Shown: positions 40,261 through 49,608 of the stretch, piece by piece
Layout: each line of letters starts with the position of its first letter
Position numbering within the stretch: position 1 is the stretch's first letter
NCBI GenBank assembly: GCA_951406725.2
Contig: OX597814.1
Span: forward strand, 34,100,001 to 34,164,000
Reading direction: 5' to 3'
Length of the DNA: 64,000 bases
Origin: Octopus vulgaris
Taxonomy: Eukaryota
Program-made: the position numbers and the translations under genes
The notes under the pieces: model-generated
What the model was told of the DNA's origin: nothing
The model's database searches: none
The model's input: the letters and a program-made list of their open reading frames with translations, nothing else

Positions 40261-42704
40261 CAATTGGTTGTTACTATTTTGATACTTTATTTTTTTTTCT
40301 TAGACCAAAGTGATTTATCAAGGTGAACGGCATAAAAACCGAGAAGATTTCAGTCTGCAAATGTACCAAGATGAAGTCAAGGTATGAAGAATTTCCATTT
40401 ATTATATAAAGTAATTTTTTTCATAAATTGCCTACTTTCTATACTTTCTTTGTAAAATATCAGTATTATTTTGTATATTGACTTAATTCATTATTATTAT
40501 TATTATTATTATTATTACTAGTTTTTGACCCGATTTCATTCAGGTCTGTTCTCAAACTGCGACCTTTTTAGAAAAATGAAAAGTCTTTAAAAATAATGGA
40601 AAGTTTATTAAAAAATTGATTGAAAAAGGCAAGTATGCAAATGGATAAAACATTCCAGTGAAACGTGGAAAAAAAATCACACCTATTGTCTCATGCCACT
40701 AAATCGAGAAAATAACTACTGGGATGACAGACACTCTCCATTATCATCATCATTATTATTATTAAAGATGGCGGTCCAGCAGAATTGTTAGCATGCTGAG
40801 GAAAATGCTTGGTGGCATTTCTGAGTTTCACTACCACTGGGATTGACTGTCTTTCATCCTTTCAGAGTTGATAAGTACCAGTTGAGCACTAGGATCAATG
40901 TAATTGACTTACCTCATGTCCTTAAATTACTGGCCTTGTGCCAAAATTTGAAATCATCATCATGATCATTACTATTATTTATGGTTACGTATGACCTCAT
41001 GTCTGTTTTAGAAATGTTACCAGTGATTATTGTTATGAATGTAACCATGCCAAATATACTTTTATTACGCTTTTATCAGTATATTCCAGTAAAGCTGTTG
41101 AGGTTTTTTTAACTTTTACTTTTGCAATAAAATAGAACAAATATTGTGAGTAGCTTGGAACATAAGCCAAATTGCCATCTTACTTAGTCACAAGGGTTTA
41201 AAGTTACTGTTAAGATAAATGAGATTGTGTGATATTCATGCTTTTCTCAAAACGTTAATAATCATCATCATCATCATTTAGCGTCCGTTTTCCATGCTAG
41301 CATGGGTTGGACGGTTCAACTGGGGTCTGGGGAGCCCGAAGGCTGCACCAGGCCAGTCAGATCTGGCAGTGTTTCTACAGCTGGATGCCCTTCCTAACGC
41401 CAACCACTCCGAGAGTGTAGTGGGTGATTTTATGTGCCACCGACACAGGTGCCAGACGAGGCTGGCGAACGGCCACGCTCGGATGGTGTTTTTATGTGCC
41501 ACCGACACAGGTGCCAGACGAGGCTGGCAGACGGCCACGCTCGGATGGTGTTTTTATGTGCCACCGACACAGGTGCCAGATGAGGCTGGCGGACGGCCAC
41601 GATCGGATGGTGTTTGTTACGTCCCCAAAGCACGGAGGCCAGTCTATGCGGTACTGGCTACGGCCACGTTCGGATGATTTTCTTGTGTGCCACCGGCACT
41701 GGTACCACAAAGATACAAATTCCATTGATGTTCATCTATTTTGATTTGTTTTGATTTGATTTGATTTGATTTTCACTTGCCTCAACAGGTCTTCACAAGT
41801 GTCACAAGAAGGAAGGTATGCACAGGTGGACTGACTACGTCCCAGGTAGGGGCCACGGGTTATGGCCTGACTAGTCTTGCCGGGTCTTCGGATGGTGTTT
41901 TTATGTGCCACCGACACAGGTGCCAGATGAGGCTGGCGAACGGCCACGATCGGATGGTGTTTGTTGCGTGCCCACAGCACGGAGGCCAGTCGATGCGGTA
42001 CTGGCTACGGCCACGTTCGGATGGTTTTCTTGTGTGCCACCGGCACCACAAAGTGAAAAAAAAAAGGCCAACAGACATGGGAGTCTGGTTAAGAAGTTTG
42101 CTTCCTAACCACATGGTTTTGGGTTTCAATTTGTTGTGTAGGGTTTTGGGAATGTTTGTGAGTGTGAATATATTTGCATCTCCTTGTCTTGACATTACAT
42201 GATTGTTGTAAATGAATGTCATTCATTTCTAATATTGTGTGAAAACCTGTCTCTCCATGAGGAAATATTAACTTACTTGGAAATAGGTATAGGTTGATGC
42301 CAGGAAGGGCATATATGTCCATAACAAAAATCTGCCTCAATAAACTCTGTCTGACCCATTCAAGCACAGAAAAGAGGGCATTAATATGATGATGATGATG
42401 AATCTAGATTTAAAAATTGAAAGCGGTTTGCAAGATGCAAATCATGAAGAATTTAATAATCTATATTATTAAACTCCTATCCATGACAAAGAATAAAACA
42501 TGCATATACAATACATAAGAATATTCATTAAATACTTGTTTTTACTTTTCTTGACAGGTTTGGCTTGAAGAAGAAGTGCAAGAACATATGCATGCTATAA
42601 ATTATATGAAGAATCTTCAGCAAAGAAACCGAGACAACTCTGCCAACTTGGAAGATTTTTCTGTTAATGACTCAGACACCAGACATCTAACCCTCACTTT
42701 ATAA
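1649..42704 (+). CDS. TPCN1: Two-pore channel 1-like (TPC1), 5'-partial gene: 20 coding exons from pore domain I to the stop
   Basis: Manually spliced exons (all GT-AG, phases compatible, 1665 nt) give a continuous ORF matching animal TPC1: SLFVLLTTANYPDVMMPAY (filter I), LFELTVVNNWFIIMEG (filter II), VLRPFRLLRLFK (IIS4), GFYYLNNFQNIL, and the TPC1-type tail FSLQMYQDEVKVWLEE. Confidence 0.93.
2240..2627 (-). mobile_element. Decayed CORE-type tRNA SINE
   Basis: Diverged copy of the 14580-14973 element. Confidence 0.7.
4300..4548 (-). mobile_element. Mariner-derived MITE with long TIRs
   Basis: TA|TTAGGTTGGTGCATAATTATTGC...GCAATAATTATGCACCAACCTAA|TA; internal transposase C-terminal remnant RLPSKWEAVIGVEGEYAPE* on the minus strand. 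Confidence 0.85.
4621..4720 (+). CDS. TPCN1: TPC1 exon: YPDVMMPAYNESRFYVAFFIIYLSLELFFLMNL (IS6)
   Basis: aactag acceptor, gtaagt donor. Confidence 0.95.
5990..7290 (+). mobile_element. Penelope-like retroelement remnant (RT C-terminus, GIY-YIG endonuclease, pLTR)
   Basis: Decayed LPVLETEF motif, CKTKNAVY...MYIEETVHSIREGISEH GIY-YIG motif, and a hammerhead-like pLTR at 7222-7264. Confidence 0.7.
7423..7539 (+). CDS. TPCN1: TPC1 exon: LLAVVYDKFSSLEKEKLRKLFFHKRLGCRYAFQLLVSRQ
   Basis: ttttaaag acceptor, gtaggt donor. Confidence 0.93.
8042..8335 (+). mobile_element. SINE-like interspersed repeat fragment
   Basis: GC-richer island resembling a recurrent octopus repeat; family not assigned. Confidence 0.4.
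8936..8999 (+). CDS. TPCN1: TPC1 exon: HPATIQLKHFQGMMQYLRPKM (EF-hand-like linker)
   Basis: ttctcag acceptor, gtatgt donor. Confidence 0.9.
9150..9635 (+). mobile_element. R2/Hero-like LINE 5' remnant
   Basis: C2H2-like CCRKVVC/GLRIHQGKVC remnant and IKWPKAND motif. Confidence 0.45.
9895..10004 (+). CDS. TPCN1: TPC1 exon: RKDVYLTFKSMNVLSTGSLSLTEFFTVYGCSKLKWK
   Basis: tttctag acceptor, gtgcgt donor; resembles human RERYLTFKALN...LKWK. Confidence 0.92.
10250..11080 (-). mobile_element. RTE-clade LINE fragment
   Basis: Minus-strand CFTCRK..NFIKSVQCNKWIHKR, homologous to 36500-37530. Confidence 0.7.
12083..12146 (+). CDS. TPCN1: TPC1 exon: PKNVSTIWSEDFRYPFNLIFR
   Basis: tttcag acceptor, gtaaat donor, phase-compatible. 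Confidence 0.87.
13097..14392 (-). mobile_element. Full-length (about 1.3 kb) decayed mariner DD34D transposon
   Basis: TA-flanked imperfect TIRs (tgaagggctacccaaaagaaactggaa / ttccagttacttttgggtacctcctca); frameshifted transposase AAKFVP..GDESWCYGYD..KTMLICF..LKGKSFADVEEV. Confidence 0.9.
14580..14973 (-). mobile_element. Young CORE-type tRNA SINE (composite with a central microsatellite)
   Basis: tRNA-like head GGCGCAGGAGTGGCTGTGTGG..GGTTCAGTCCC and CORE-like ggcaccttgggcaagt; near-identical copies elsewhere in the window. Confidence 0.85.
15132..16828 (-). mobile_element. Chapaev3-like DNA transposon, internally deleted
   Basis: TAA|CACTGG...CCAGTG|TAA (CAC termini, 3-bp TSD); transposase remnants CVNHLDNFCYVCG, LNQEDLIDLVRDLALSKEKAE, GAISDEHGERFHQDISEMETRYQG. 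Confidence 0.75.
16931..16975 (+). CDS. TPCN1: TPC1 exon: LHRIVTHKCFEYYI
   Basis: ttttacag acceptor, gtaagt donor. Confidence 0.88.
17979..18035 (+). CDS. TPCN1: TPC1 exon: LTIASNFTWIVIETVQMS (IIS1)
   Basis: ttttatag acceptor, gtatgt donor. Confidence 0.9.
18755..19108 (+). mobile_element. Helentron/DINE-like non-autonomous element
   Basis: Subterminal tccgccaagg and 3' hairpin tacctcc..tggcagaggta. Confidence 0.45.
19463..19664. repeat. Fold-back palindrome inserted in the microsatellite of a SINE (19176-19820)
   Basis: Inner arms 19521-19560 / 19570-19609; outer arms 19463-19500 / 19629-19664. Confidence 0.85.
20560..21300 (-). mobile_element. LINE RT remnant (RTE/L2-like)
   Basis: GC-richer island with decayed RT C-terminal motifs on the minus strand. 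Confidence 0.45.
21598..21672 (+). repeat. (TAT)n microsatellite abutting a splice acceptor
   Basis: Directly visible; source of the spurious poly-I ORF. Confidence 0.95.
21678..21743 (+). CDS. TPCN1: TPC1 exon: QHISVKKYDFTATGVTVFFIY (IIS1-S2 loop and start of IIS2)
   Basis: aacag acceptor after a (TAT)n tract, gtaagt donor; a phase 1-1 exon is needed to bridge the neighbouring exons. Confidence 0.78.
23579..23651 (+). CDS. TPCN1: TPC1 exon: YVIEACLKILGKGPREYFTTGWD
   Basis: ttttacag acceptor, gtaagt donor. Confidence 0.94.
24050..25240 (-). mobile_element. CR1/L2-like LINE RT remnant
   Basis: Decayed RT-like motifs on the minus strand with many stops. Confidence 0.55.
25780..25884 (+). CDS. 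TPCN1: TPC1 exon: FDFFVTLVSIIGLLGEIVNHNFYYIMVLRPFRLL (IIS3-IIS4)
   Basis: ttttcag acceptor, gtttgt donor. Confidence 0.94.
26351..26422 (+). CDS. TPCN1: TPC1 exon: LFKINRRYRDVLGTFFVIFSRLV
   Basis: ctctgcag acceptor, gtaatg donor. Confidence 0.93.
27921..28320 (+). mobile_element. CORE-type tRNA SINE
   Basis: Reverse-complement copy of 14580-14973. Confidence 0.85.
28435..28524 (+). CDS. TPCN1: TPC1 exon: IALTIMMLYYFFGIIGMELIGDVDLTNCC (IIS5)
   Basis: ttcttcag acceptor, gtaagt donor. Confidence 0.94.
28581..29219 (+). mobile_element. Non-autonomous Helitron with an internal duplication
   Basis: A|TCTCTATA 5' end, 3' hairpin + CTAG|T; about 160-bp block repeated at about 28598 and about 29014. 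Confidence 0.75.
29360..29580. mobile_element. piggyBac-like MITE
   Basis: TTAA|CCCTTTAGCATT...AATGCTAAAGGG|TTAA. Confidence 0.8.
30664..30761 (+). CDS. TPCN1: TPC1 exon: NTSVEDFYREDNSTSIQGFYYLNNFQNILYSG (luminal turret, two N-glycosylation sequons)
   Basis: caaag acceptor, gtaagg donor. Confidence 0.93.
31022..31068 (+). CDS. TPCN1: TPC1 exon: TLFELTVVNNWFIIM (filter II)
   Basis: ttttag acceptor, gtgaga donor. Confidence 0.95.
31379..31598. mobile_element. piggyBac-like MITE, opposite orientation to 29360-29580
   Basis: TTAA|CCCTTTAGCAT...ATGCTAAATGG; interior is the reverse complement of the other copy. Confidence 0.75.
32626..32694 (+). CDS. TPCN1: TPC1 exon: EGYANAVSEWLRLYFMLFYIVSM (IIS6, first half)
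   Basis: tgtgtag acceptor, gtttgt donor. Confidence 0.93.
33330..33790 (+). mobile_element. Mariner transposase 5' remnant
   Basis: EEQCVCRKFCFKLG..FTETF HTH remnant, ending near KCVTTG. Confidence 0.6.
34289..34379 (+). CDS. TPCN1: TPC1 exon: VVMNIVVAFVLDAFLFRIQYKRTMNCKDIE
   Basis: gttttag acceptor, gtatga donor. Confidence 0.94.
35208..35745 (+). mobile_element. Young SINE-like element with internal ~62-bp GC-rich tandem units and a (GAT)n tail
   Basis: Units ggcacctgtgtcggtggcacataaaaaacaccatccgagcgtggccg..; 3' ggttggcgttaggaagggcatccagc..gttaaacgatgatg. Confidence 0.85.
36500..37530 (+). mobile_element. RTE-clade LINE RT fragment
   Basis: LAFVDMEKAFDRVP, VGVHQGS, PWELLYA, GLRVNLAKTKV, VVDSFCYLGDQ, SETWAV. 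Confidence 0.9.
37975..38087 (+). CDS. TPCN1: TPC1 exon: ESIQQIDIPLSAEELQMCEQEAMPLTPLYLGDQSNTN
   Basis: cttgcag acceptor, gtaagt donor, phase-compatible. Confidence 0.85.
39482..39872 (+). mobile_element. CORE-type tRNA SINE
   Basis: Same family as 27921-28320. Confidence 0.85.
40304..40381 (+). CDS. TPCN1: TPC1 exon: TKVIYQGERHKNREDFSLQMYQDEVK
   Basis: tttcttag acceptor, gtatga donor; resembles human GRRSRTKSDLSLKMYQEEI. Confidence 0.92.
41263..42050 (-). mobile_element. Inverted copy of the 35208-35745 element plus a further partial copy (41888-42050)
   Basis: Reverse-complement near-identity, including the tandem units and (TTGAT)n. Confidence 0.85.
42558..42704 (+). CDS. TPCN1: TPC1 last coding exon: VWLEEEVQEH...DTRHLTLTL*
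   Basis: ttgacag acceptor; TAA at 42702-42704. Confidence 0.9.
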   Translation, partial: VWLEEEVQEHMHAINYMKNLQQRNRDNSANLEDFSVNDSDTRHLTLTL

Positions 42705-44321
42705 CTGACCAAACATCTTTTGTATTGTATTGTTCTTCACTCTTGTATTTTTTTTATCCTCCTCAGTAATGAATAACATCTTTCACCTTTGCATTACCCC
42801 ATAACTGTTGTTTATTTCATCATCAGAAGTAAAATGTCCAATGTTTAGAGACAACGTTTAACAACAACAGTGAATAACTCGTTTTAAGGGTCAATTGAGA
42901 TCCTTTCTTTATTAATATATTTCTGAATTTGTCCAAACAGTCCACCATCTCAAAATGGCTGTGTAATTGTAATAGTGAAACAAAATCTTAAAACTGTTGC
43001 ATTATAGGCAAAATATAGCCTAATTAATATTCAGCATTAGGAAAGACATTCAATATGGAAATGTGTGGCTTAGTAGTTAGGGTGTTGTACTCATGATTGT
43101 AAGATTGTGGTTTTGATTCCAGGACTAGGAAGCTTGAGCAAAACAGTTCATTACATGTTGCTCTAGTTCACACAGCCGGCAAAAATGAGTAATCCTGTGA
43201 TGGACCAGTGGGGGATATATATATGCTACAGAATATGAGAAACCAACCTTGAGCCTATGGCTTGGGAAGAACCTTTTCACTGGAATAACATGTATAATTG
43301 CATGTGTATAAATATTACATATGCATATGTGATTTATGTTCTCTCTCATATACATATATGTACACACTGACACACAATAATGATTATGAAATGATCACAC
43401 CCCACTACCTATGTAATATGTCATATGGCAAATAACCTTTGATGAATACATAGTCATCTATAGCTCTTCTCTCTTTAAGTCAGTGAAAAATTGTTTCCTT
43501 ATTTCACCACACACTTCTATGGAGACTCTCCCTTGTGCAATGTTGAAGGGGAAAATGTCTGAATAGTATTTTGTTTGCACAAAAGAGAAAAACCACACAT
43601 GTATTCTACAAATTTTCAATTCTAATAAACATCATACAATTACATCTTTATTTTTTCCATGCTGGCATGGATTAGATAGATTTGTATCATCATATTTCTT
43701 CAGTTCTCTATACTTCTGTTGGTGATATTATGTGTATTGAAGCCTTCTTCTTTAGTTACCATCAAACATTATCTGTATGTCAAAGCTACATCATACACTG
43801 TTTGCTCTAGTGAATCCAATGTTTCTAGTTGTGAGCTGCTTTCTACCATGTGATCTGATTATGGGTTTTAAATTCTATATCCATTAGATCACATTGAAAT
43901 AATCTTATTCTATGAACCAGTAAACTTTGTCTTTCATTATTCATCTTTCATTTCCACTGCATACACCATATACTTAATTTTATTTATGTGTTAAGACTAC
44001 AAAATACTACCATTTTCAATTGAATTACTTTACAGAGGTTGAAAGTATTCTGTAATGATTTTTAGAATATCATGCATAATTCAATATGTGAGTTTGATCA
44101 GCTCAGTTACTGTGAGCAGCAAACACTTTTTCCTTGCCTGTTGCTTCATAGAAAAAGGGCAAGGGCCTGTGTATTAGAATCTTCACTCCTTATGGCAGCT
44201 GAGCTTATCAGACTCCTTTGTGTATCAACTGTTGCCAATGCAGACCATCACTTTTCTCAAATTCTGGTTTTAATGCTATTATTCAATATGATCAAGCTGG
44301 CTTCAAGAAAACATTGGTTCC

Positions 44322-44647
44322 TTTTCAAAGAAAATATACTCTGGTCTGATGATAATTTCTGCCTGTTACTGGTTTCTTTGATGAATTCAGTTAACCTCTT
44401 ACTGACTTTCCCTAACCTTTGCTCACTGCTTCTGTCATATATATATATATCATTGCTACAATAATAACAGGCACTGTTGTATTTTCAAAGAAAATATACT
44501 CTGGTCTGATGATAATTTCTGCCTGTTACTGGTTTCTTTGATGAATTCAGTTAACCTCTTACTGACTTTCCCTAACCTTTGCTCACTGCTTCTGTCATAT
44601 ATATATATATATATATCATTGCTACAATAATAACAGGCACTGTTGTA
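44322..44647. repeat. Direct tandem duplication of about 160 bp
   Basis: 44322-44481 and 44482-44647 are identical apart from (TA)n length. Confidence 0.9.
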
Positions 44648-45896
44648 TAATCAGGAATGCACTCAACAGGCAAACAAAAGGTATATGGTTTGAGTCCTGT
44701 CAATGGGCCTGTTCCTCCTAATATTTGACATAATTTAAAATGAAAATCATTACTCTCAGTTGATTTAGATTTAATGATAGTTTTTATTTACAAAACACTT
44801 CTCTACACTTGTCTCTTTGGATCAAACTACTTTCATATCTTTTTGTGGAAACTACAAATCATGTAACCTATTTACTCATTCAAATCACAAAACTATAACT
44901 CATAGAAACATCATCATCATATGTCTGTTTTCCATGCATACATGGATAGAATAATTGACAGGTAGAAGACTAACCCAGGCTACTGTGTCTGTTTCGGCAG
45001 GGTTTTTATGGCTGGATGCCCTTCCTAACACCAACTGCTCTGCAGAGTGGACTCAGTGCTTTTTACGTAGCTCTAACACAGATGAGGTTAATTTTGGCAG
45101 GATTTCTACAGCTGGATGCCCTTCCAAATACCATTTTACAATGTGGACTATATGCTTTTTATGTGGCATCAACACTAGCAGGATCACCAAGTAACTTGCA
45201 AGACAAGGAATTTTGAGAGGGGCAGGGGCATTTGAAGGGAACTTGTGTCAGAGTATGAAAGGTCAGAGTGTGACAGAAACAGAGAGGTAGAAACAGGTAT
45301 CTTGCCACAACAGAGGGGGCATTGGAGGAGGTGATCTGGTGTCAGATGATGAAAGATTAGAGTGTAATAGAGAATTAGAAACAATAACGTGAAAATCTGA
45401 AATCCCAAATTCTTAATGGGTTTTTATTTCTTCAGTAGTCAAATATTCCCTTTCTTGTGTGCCATTTTAAAAGATTTATCCTTAAAGCATGAATACACAA
45501 GGAAAACAATTCTGTAGATATGTTTGTTTCCAAAGTGAACTTTCATTTAGTTCTCAGATATCTTGTAAAGTTACCCTCTACCTTTGATGAGAAAATGAAT
45601 TTATATAATATATATATTTATATGATGTACATGTATTCTGAATTCTGTGACCAAAGATATTTTTATATTTATGTTTAGAATTTAAAGAGCAAATACTGTA
45701 AATAATTCAATTGCTAATAAAGAATTTATGAATTTGAAGATATTAATCATTTTCAAAATGTAATTGTGTAAGCTAAAAGTATAAAGATGTTTTTCATTTG
45801 TTAAGATTATGTATGTTTAAATGTGTGTGTAAATATATACATATTATGTATAAATGTGTGTGTGTGTATATATATATATATATAAATATATATATA

Positions 45897-46255
45897 TGAG
45901 GGAACCTGTGGAAGCGGTAGACCCAGGAAGACTTGGGATGAGGTGGTGAAGCACAGCCTTCGAACATTGGGCCTCACTGAGACAATGACAAGTGACCAAG
46001 ACCTTTGGAGATATACTGTGCTTGAGAAGACCCGGCAAGTCAAGTGAGACCATAACCGTGGCCTATGTCAGTGCAGCATAACCAGCCCATTTAAGAGTAC
46101 CCTTCAATCATTGGGCAATAAACTGTGCTTGCGAAGACCTGTTGAGGTAAGTGAAATCATTGTCGTGGCCAATGACAGTACTGCCTGATTGGCATCCATG
46201 CCAGTGGCACATTAAAAGCACTATTTGAGCGTGGTTGTTGCCAGTGCTGCCTGAC
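45897..46255 (+). mobile_element. RTE LINE 3' end / associated SINE tail
   Basis: GTCGSGRPRKTWDEVVK remnant; tail shared with 41770-41890. Confidence 0.7.
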
Positions 46256-46639
46256 AGGTTCCCCAACAAACTAAGGTGTGCAAGCATGTGTGGATGGGGA
46301 CAAGTGAGTATGTATGTGTGGGCAAGTGTGTGTGTGTGAGTGTATATGTGTGTGTGTGTCTGGCCAAATAGTGTGCATGTGTATAGTGTATGTTTGTGGG
46401 AAAAAGTTATCTTTGTCTATGTGTGTGATATATTGTCTGTGTTCAGGTATTATGTGCTTGTGTGTGTACCAGGTTAAACAATGTGTGGCTGCTTGTATAG
46501 TGGTAGGTGATACTATTGAAGATTGTGTGTGGGTGCTGAGATGTGTTCGGTGCTAGTGTTTGTGGGTGTATGTGTAATGGAGTGTGAAGTGTGTAATGAA
46601 TTGAACAGTGTATGGGTGTTTGTATAGTGGTATGTGTGT

Positions 46640-47370
46640 GGTGAGGGTACTGAGGCAGACGGTATGCGGGTGTGTGGGAATCCGTGGGGTTGGTGTCAGA
46701 TAAAGAGAAAGTAGTAAGTTGAACCCATATGGCACAAAGGAATTAAGAGGGAAGATTAATTCTTGTTCACAGCAAAGGTGGCAGTCTGGGTGGCGTCTCT
46801 CCAGATACAGTCCAAACACAGACAGATGTTGTAGTGAATGACTGGTAGAGTGGAAGTGGAATGAGACCAGGGCATTATTGCCGAATCTGATGTCCCGGAA
46901 GTGTTCCGTGAACCAGTCAGCCAAGCAGCATCCCGTTTGACCAATGTACAGGGAAGGACAGAGAGCAGGAGATGCAGTAAATAACATTACTAGAGGTGCA
47001 GGTAAAGAAGTCAGTGACGTGATAAGTGCCAGTGAGGATGGTGGTGTTGGAGAGGTAGGGGCAGGTGTGACAGCATGGGGAAGGAGTCAGGCTGAGAGGC
47101 AGGGGTAGGGAAGAAACTGCGGACCAGGTCATGCAGGTTATGGGCTTGTTTGGAGGGAAAGTGTAGGTTAAGGAAGATGTACAAGGTGGAGAGCTCAGAC
47201 TGGAATCAATGGAAAGTTCAGAGAATGGTGTACTGGAGGGATGGTAGGTGAAAGGAAACGGGTAAGAGTGGGGTGGATGTGAGGAGAAAGAGCAGATCGT
47301 GCTTGGGCAAGGGCAGTGTGGATAATGGTGAGGGGATATCCACGTAGGATGAAGTGGCAAGCCATGAGTT
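46640..47370 (-). mobile_element. Penelope-like GIY-YIG endonuclease remnant
   Basis: FTCTSSNVIYCISC / PSLYIGQTG..LADWFTEH..VSFHFH, split by a frameshift. Confidence 0.8.
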
Positions 47371-47399
47371 GAGACTGAATCTCAAAGTTATATAAACAA

Positions 47400-47681
47400 C
47401 TAGCAGAGATACCTGGCGTTGCTCATGTCACATAGAATTGAAGAATTAGACTTTTCTTTTATATTTTCTTTAATGAACTGGAATACTTATGATTCGAATT
47501 TCATCAAAATTGCAGATGAAGAATTTTAATGAGGGTTCTTTCCCTCTTTACACACCCTAAATTAAAATCCTAACCATGACACATTTATCCCATACTAATC
47601 ATCTTTATGCCCAGATTCCAAAATCCAAATCTTATAGAACCTATTCAAACACACACACATTCTCATCTTTATATATATAGA
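47400..47681 (-). mobile_element. Non-autonomous Helitron
   Basis: Minus strand A|TCTATATATATAAA...gagcaacgccagg..CTAG|T. Confidence 0.7.
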
Positions 47682-49228
47682 TAATAGTAATAAGGATTTT
47701 AACGAAGTTGTATAACATTACCTTTAATTCTTTTTTTATATATATATATATATATACAGCTTTACATAGACCTACATGTTTCCCTTATTTACAAATATGT
47801 GTGTGTGTATGTATGTTGTGTATATGTGATTAATGTAATTAACATATGTATTTCTGATCCCTTAAGGCATATTACACTTAAACTGAAATTTTAGTAATTT
47901 ATAAAATGGCAAATTCTTTTCCTGTTGTCAGAATTTGATTCTATTTCAAATAACCTAAATCTAATTATCAACAAAATAGAAAGAATTCCCATTACATATT
48001 CACTTTAGGTCTTGCTTCATCCATTCTCCAATCTAACCTATTCATTATATCTGTTTTACTGTCTCTCAATATTTCTTAATTCTTAAACTAAACATTTCAC
48101 AAAATTCTTCATTCCAGGTACTATTGCTGTTAAATTCTCTTCTTAAATATTTCAACACTGCATCTCAAGCCAATGAAGGAATGTCTGTGTTCACTTGTCC
48201 TATCAGAAACAGCTGTAAAATCTCTTTTAAATAACAGCCTACTAGCTTACAAAAGGGAATTATTGATAATGTGGTCCTAGGTTCCCTGCATGTAAAGTAA
48301 AGATGGGCTGGTCACAGCTAGAATGTCTTTAATCAAAGATCTGCTTGATCAGGACCAATCTAAAGCTAAACAACATATTACTCATTGGCTTTCAACTTCT
48401 ATGCCATTTCATTTTACAATCACTTTAAGGCAGTGAGCTGGCAAAATTGTTAGCATGCCGGGTAAAATGCTTAGCAGTATTTTGTCTGTCTGAGTTCAAA
48501 TTCTGCCAAGGTTGACTTTGCCTGTCATCCTTTTGGGGTCGATAAATTAAGTACCAGTTGTGTACTGTGGCTGATCTAGGCGACTGGCTCCCCTCCCCAA
48601 AATTTTCGGGCCTTGTGCCTAGAGTAAAAAAGAATTGAACAAAATTCTTATGGGTATTTTATCCATCTTTATTTTCTGAGTTCAAATTCTGTAAAGGTTG
48701 ACTTTGCTTTTCACCCATTCATGGTTGATAAAATAAGTACTAGTGAAGCACTGTGGTTGTTGTAATCGACTACTAGCTCTCTCCCATCAAATTTCAGGCC
48801 TTATGTCTGTAGTAGAAAGGACTTTTCAGATCCAAGTGAATTTTCACAGACTGATATAAACCTTTTCACCCTAGGCAATGAAAATTATATTGAACAAAAA
48901 TACCTTATAGTAACTGTCTCAGTAGACTCTGTTTACAACAGCTTGACTTGCCATTTTTACTTCCTCTGAGTGCAACAAAATAAATGCTTTCATAAGTGCT
49001 ATACAGGAGAGAAACAGACTGGGTCAACTGGGTGCATAATTACCCCAAGTATCATAAACTATATGGTATTGTAGCATAGTGAATGAAGGGTGACCAATTA
49101 TTAGAATGTTAAAATTTTTATATTTACAGAATATAAAAGAATGGAAAATTACAAACCAAAATGGCTTAATTTTTAAGAACTGTAAAATAATTAAAAGCAA
49201 TCTACTATTGTAAGTGAACACTGAATAT

Positions 49229-49608
49229 TTATTGATACCTTAAAAACTGGTCATCAGTTATTTCTGTTTGGTTATTGTAGTTCTCTAAGACAATATTTGC
49301 AATTCCATCAAGGCTGCATTCAACCAGTGCTGTTGTAAGAAGAGATGCTCTCTCTTTATGTTTGCTGTGTTCTTTCATACGGAGCCAATAAATAAGTAAG
49401 TTTTTTCCCAATTGATGAACTTCTTTCTCAGTTGCATCTCTTAAACCATACTTTCCACATATACTCATCAGATAACGTAAAATAACTGTGTTGGGAATAT
49501 TTAACATCATTCCTAAGCGAATTACAGTCAAACCGCTTTTAATGTGTTTTGCTATCAGTGATAAGCTTTTTTCACTTACAATATAAGCTCTGTCAATAGT
49601 AGGTATTT
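49229..49608 (-). CDS. Death-domain-containing protein, last coding exon (IPTIDRAYIVSEKSLSLIAKHIKSG...RLGMMLNIP...LLIYWLRM...LTTALVECSLDGIANIV...RYQ*)
   Basis: Stop-free 380-nt exon after a strong minus-strand acceptor (ttttttcttctatattttgcag). Helical pattern L..IA..I....LG..L.I...LL..W....L..AL....IA..V is typical of the death fold. AATAAA overlaps the stop codon. Confidence 0.8.

Noticed and set aside
44072-44464. 130-aa ORF downstream of TPC1
   Set aside because: No recognisable domain or splice context, and it runs into a microsatellite duplication; likely chance in UTR or intergenic DNA.
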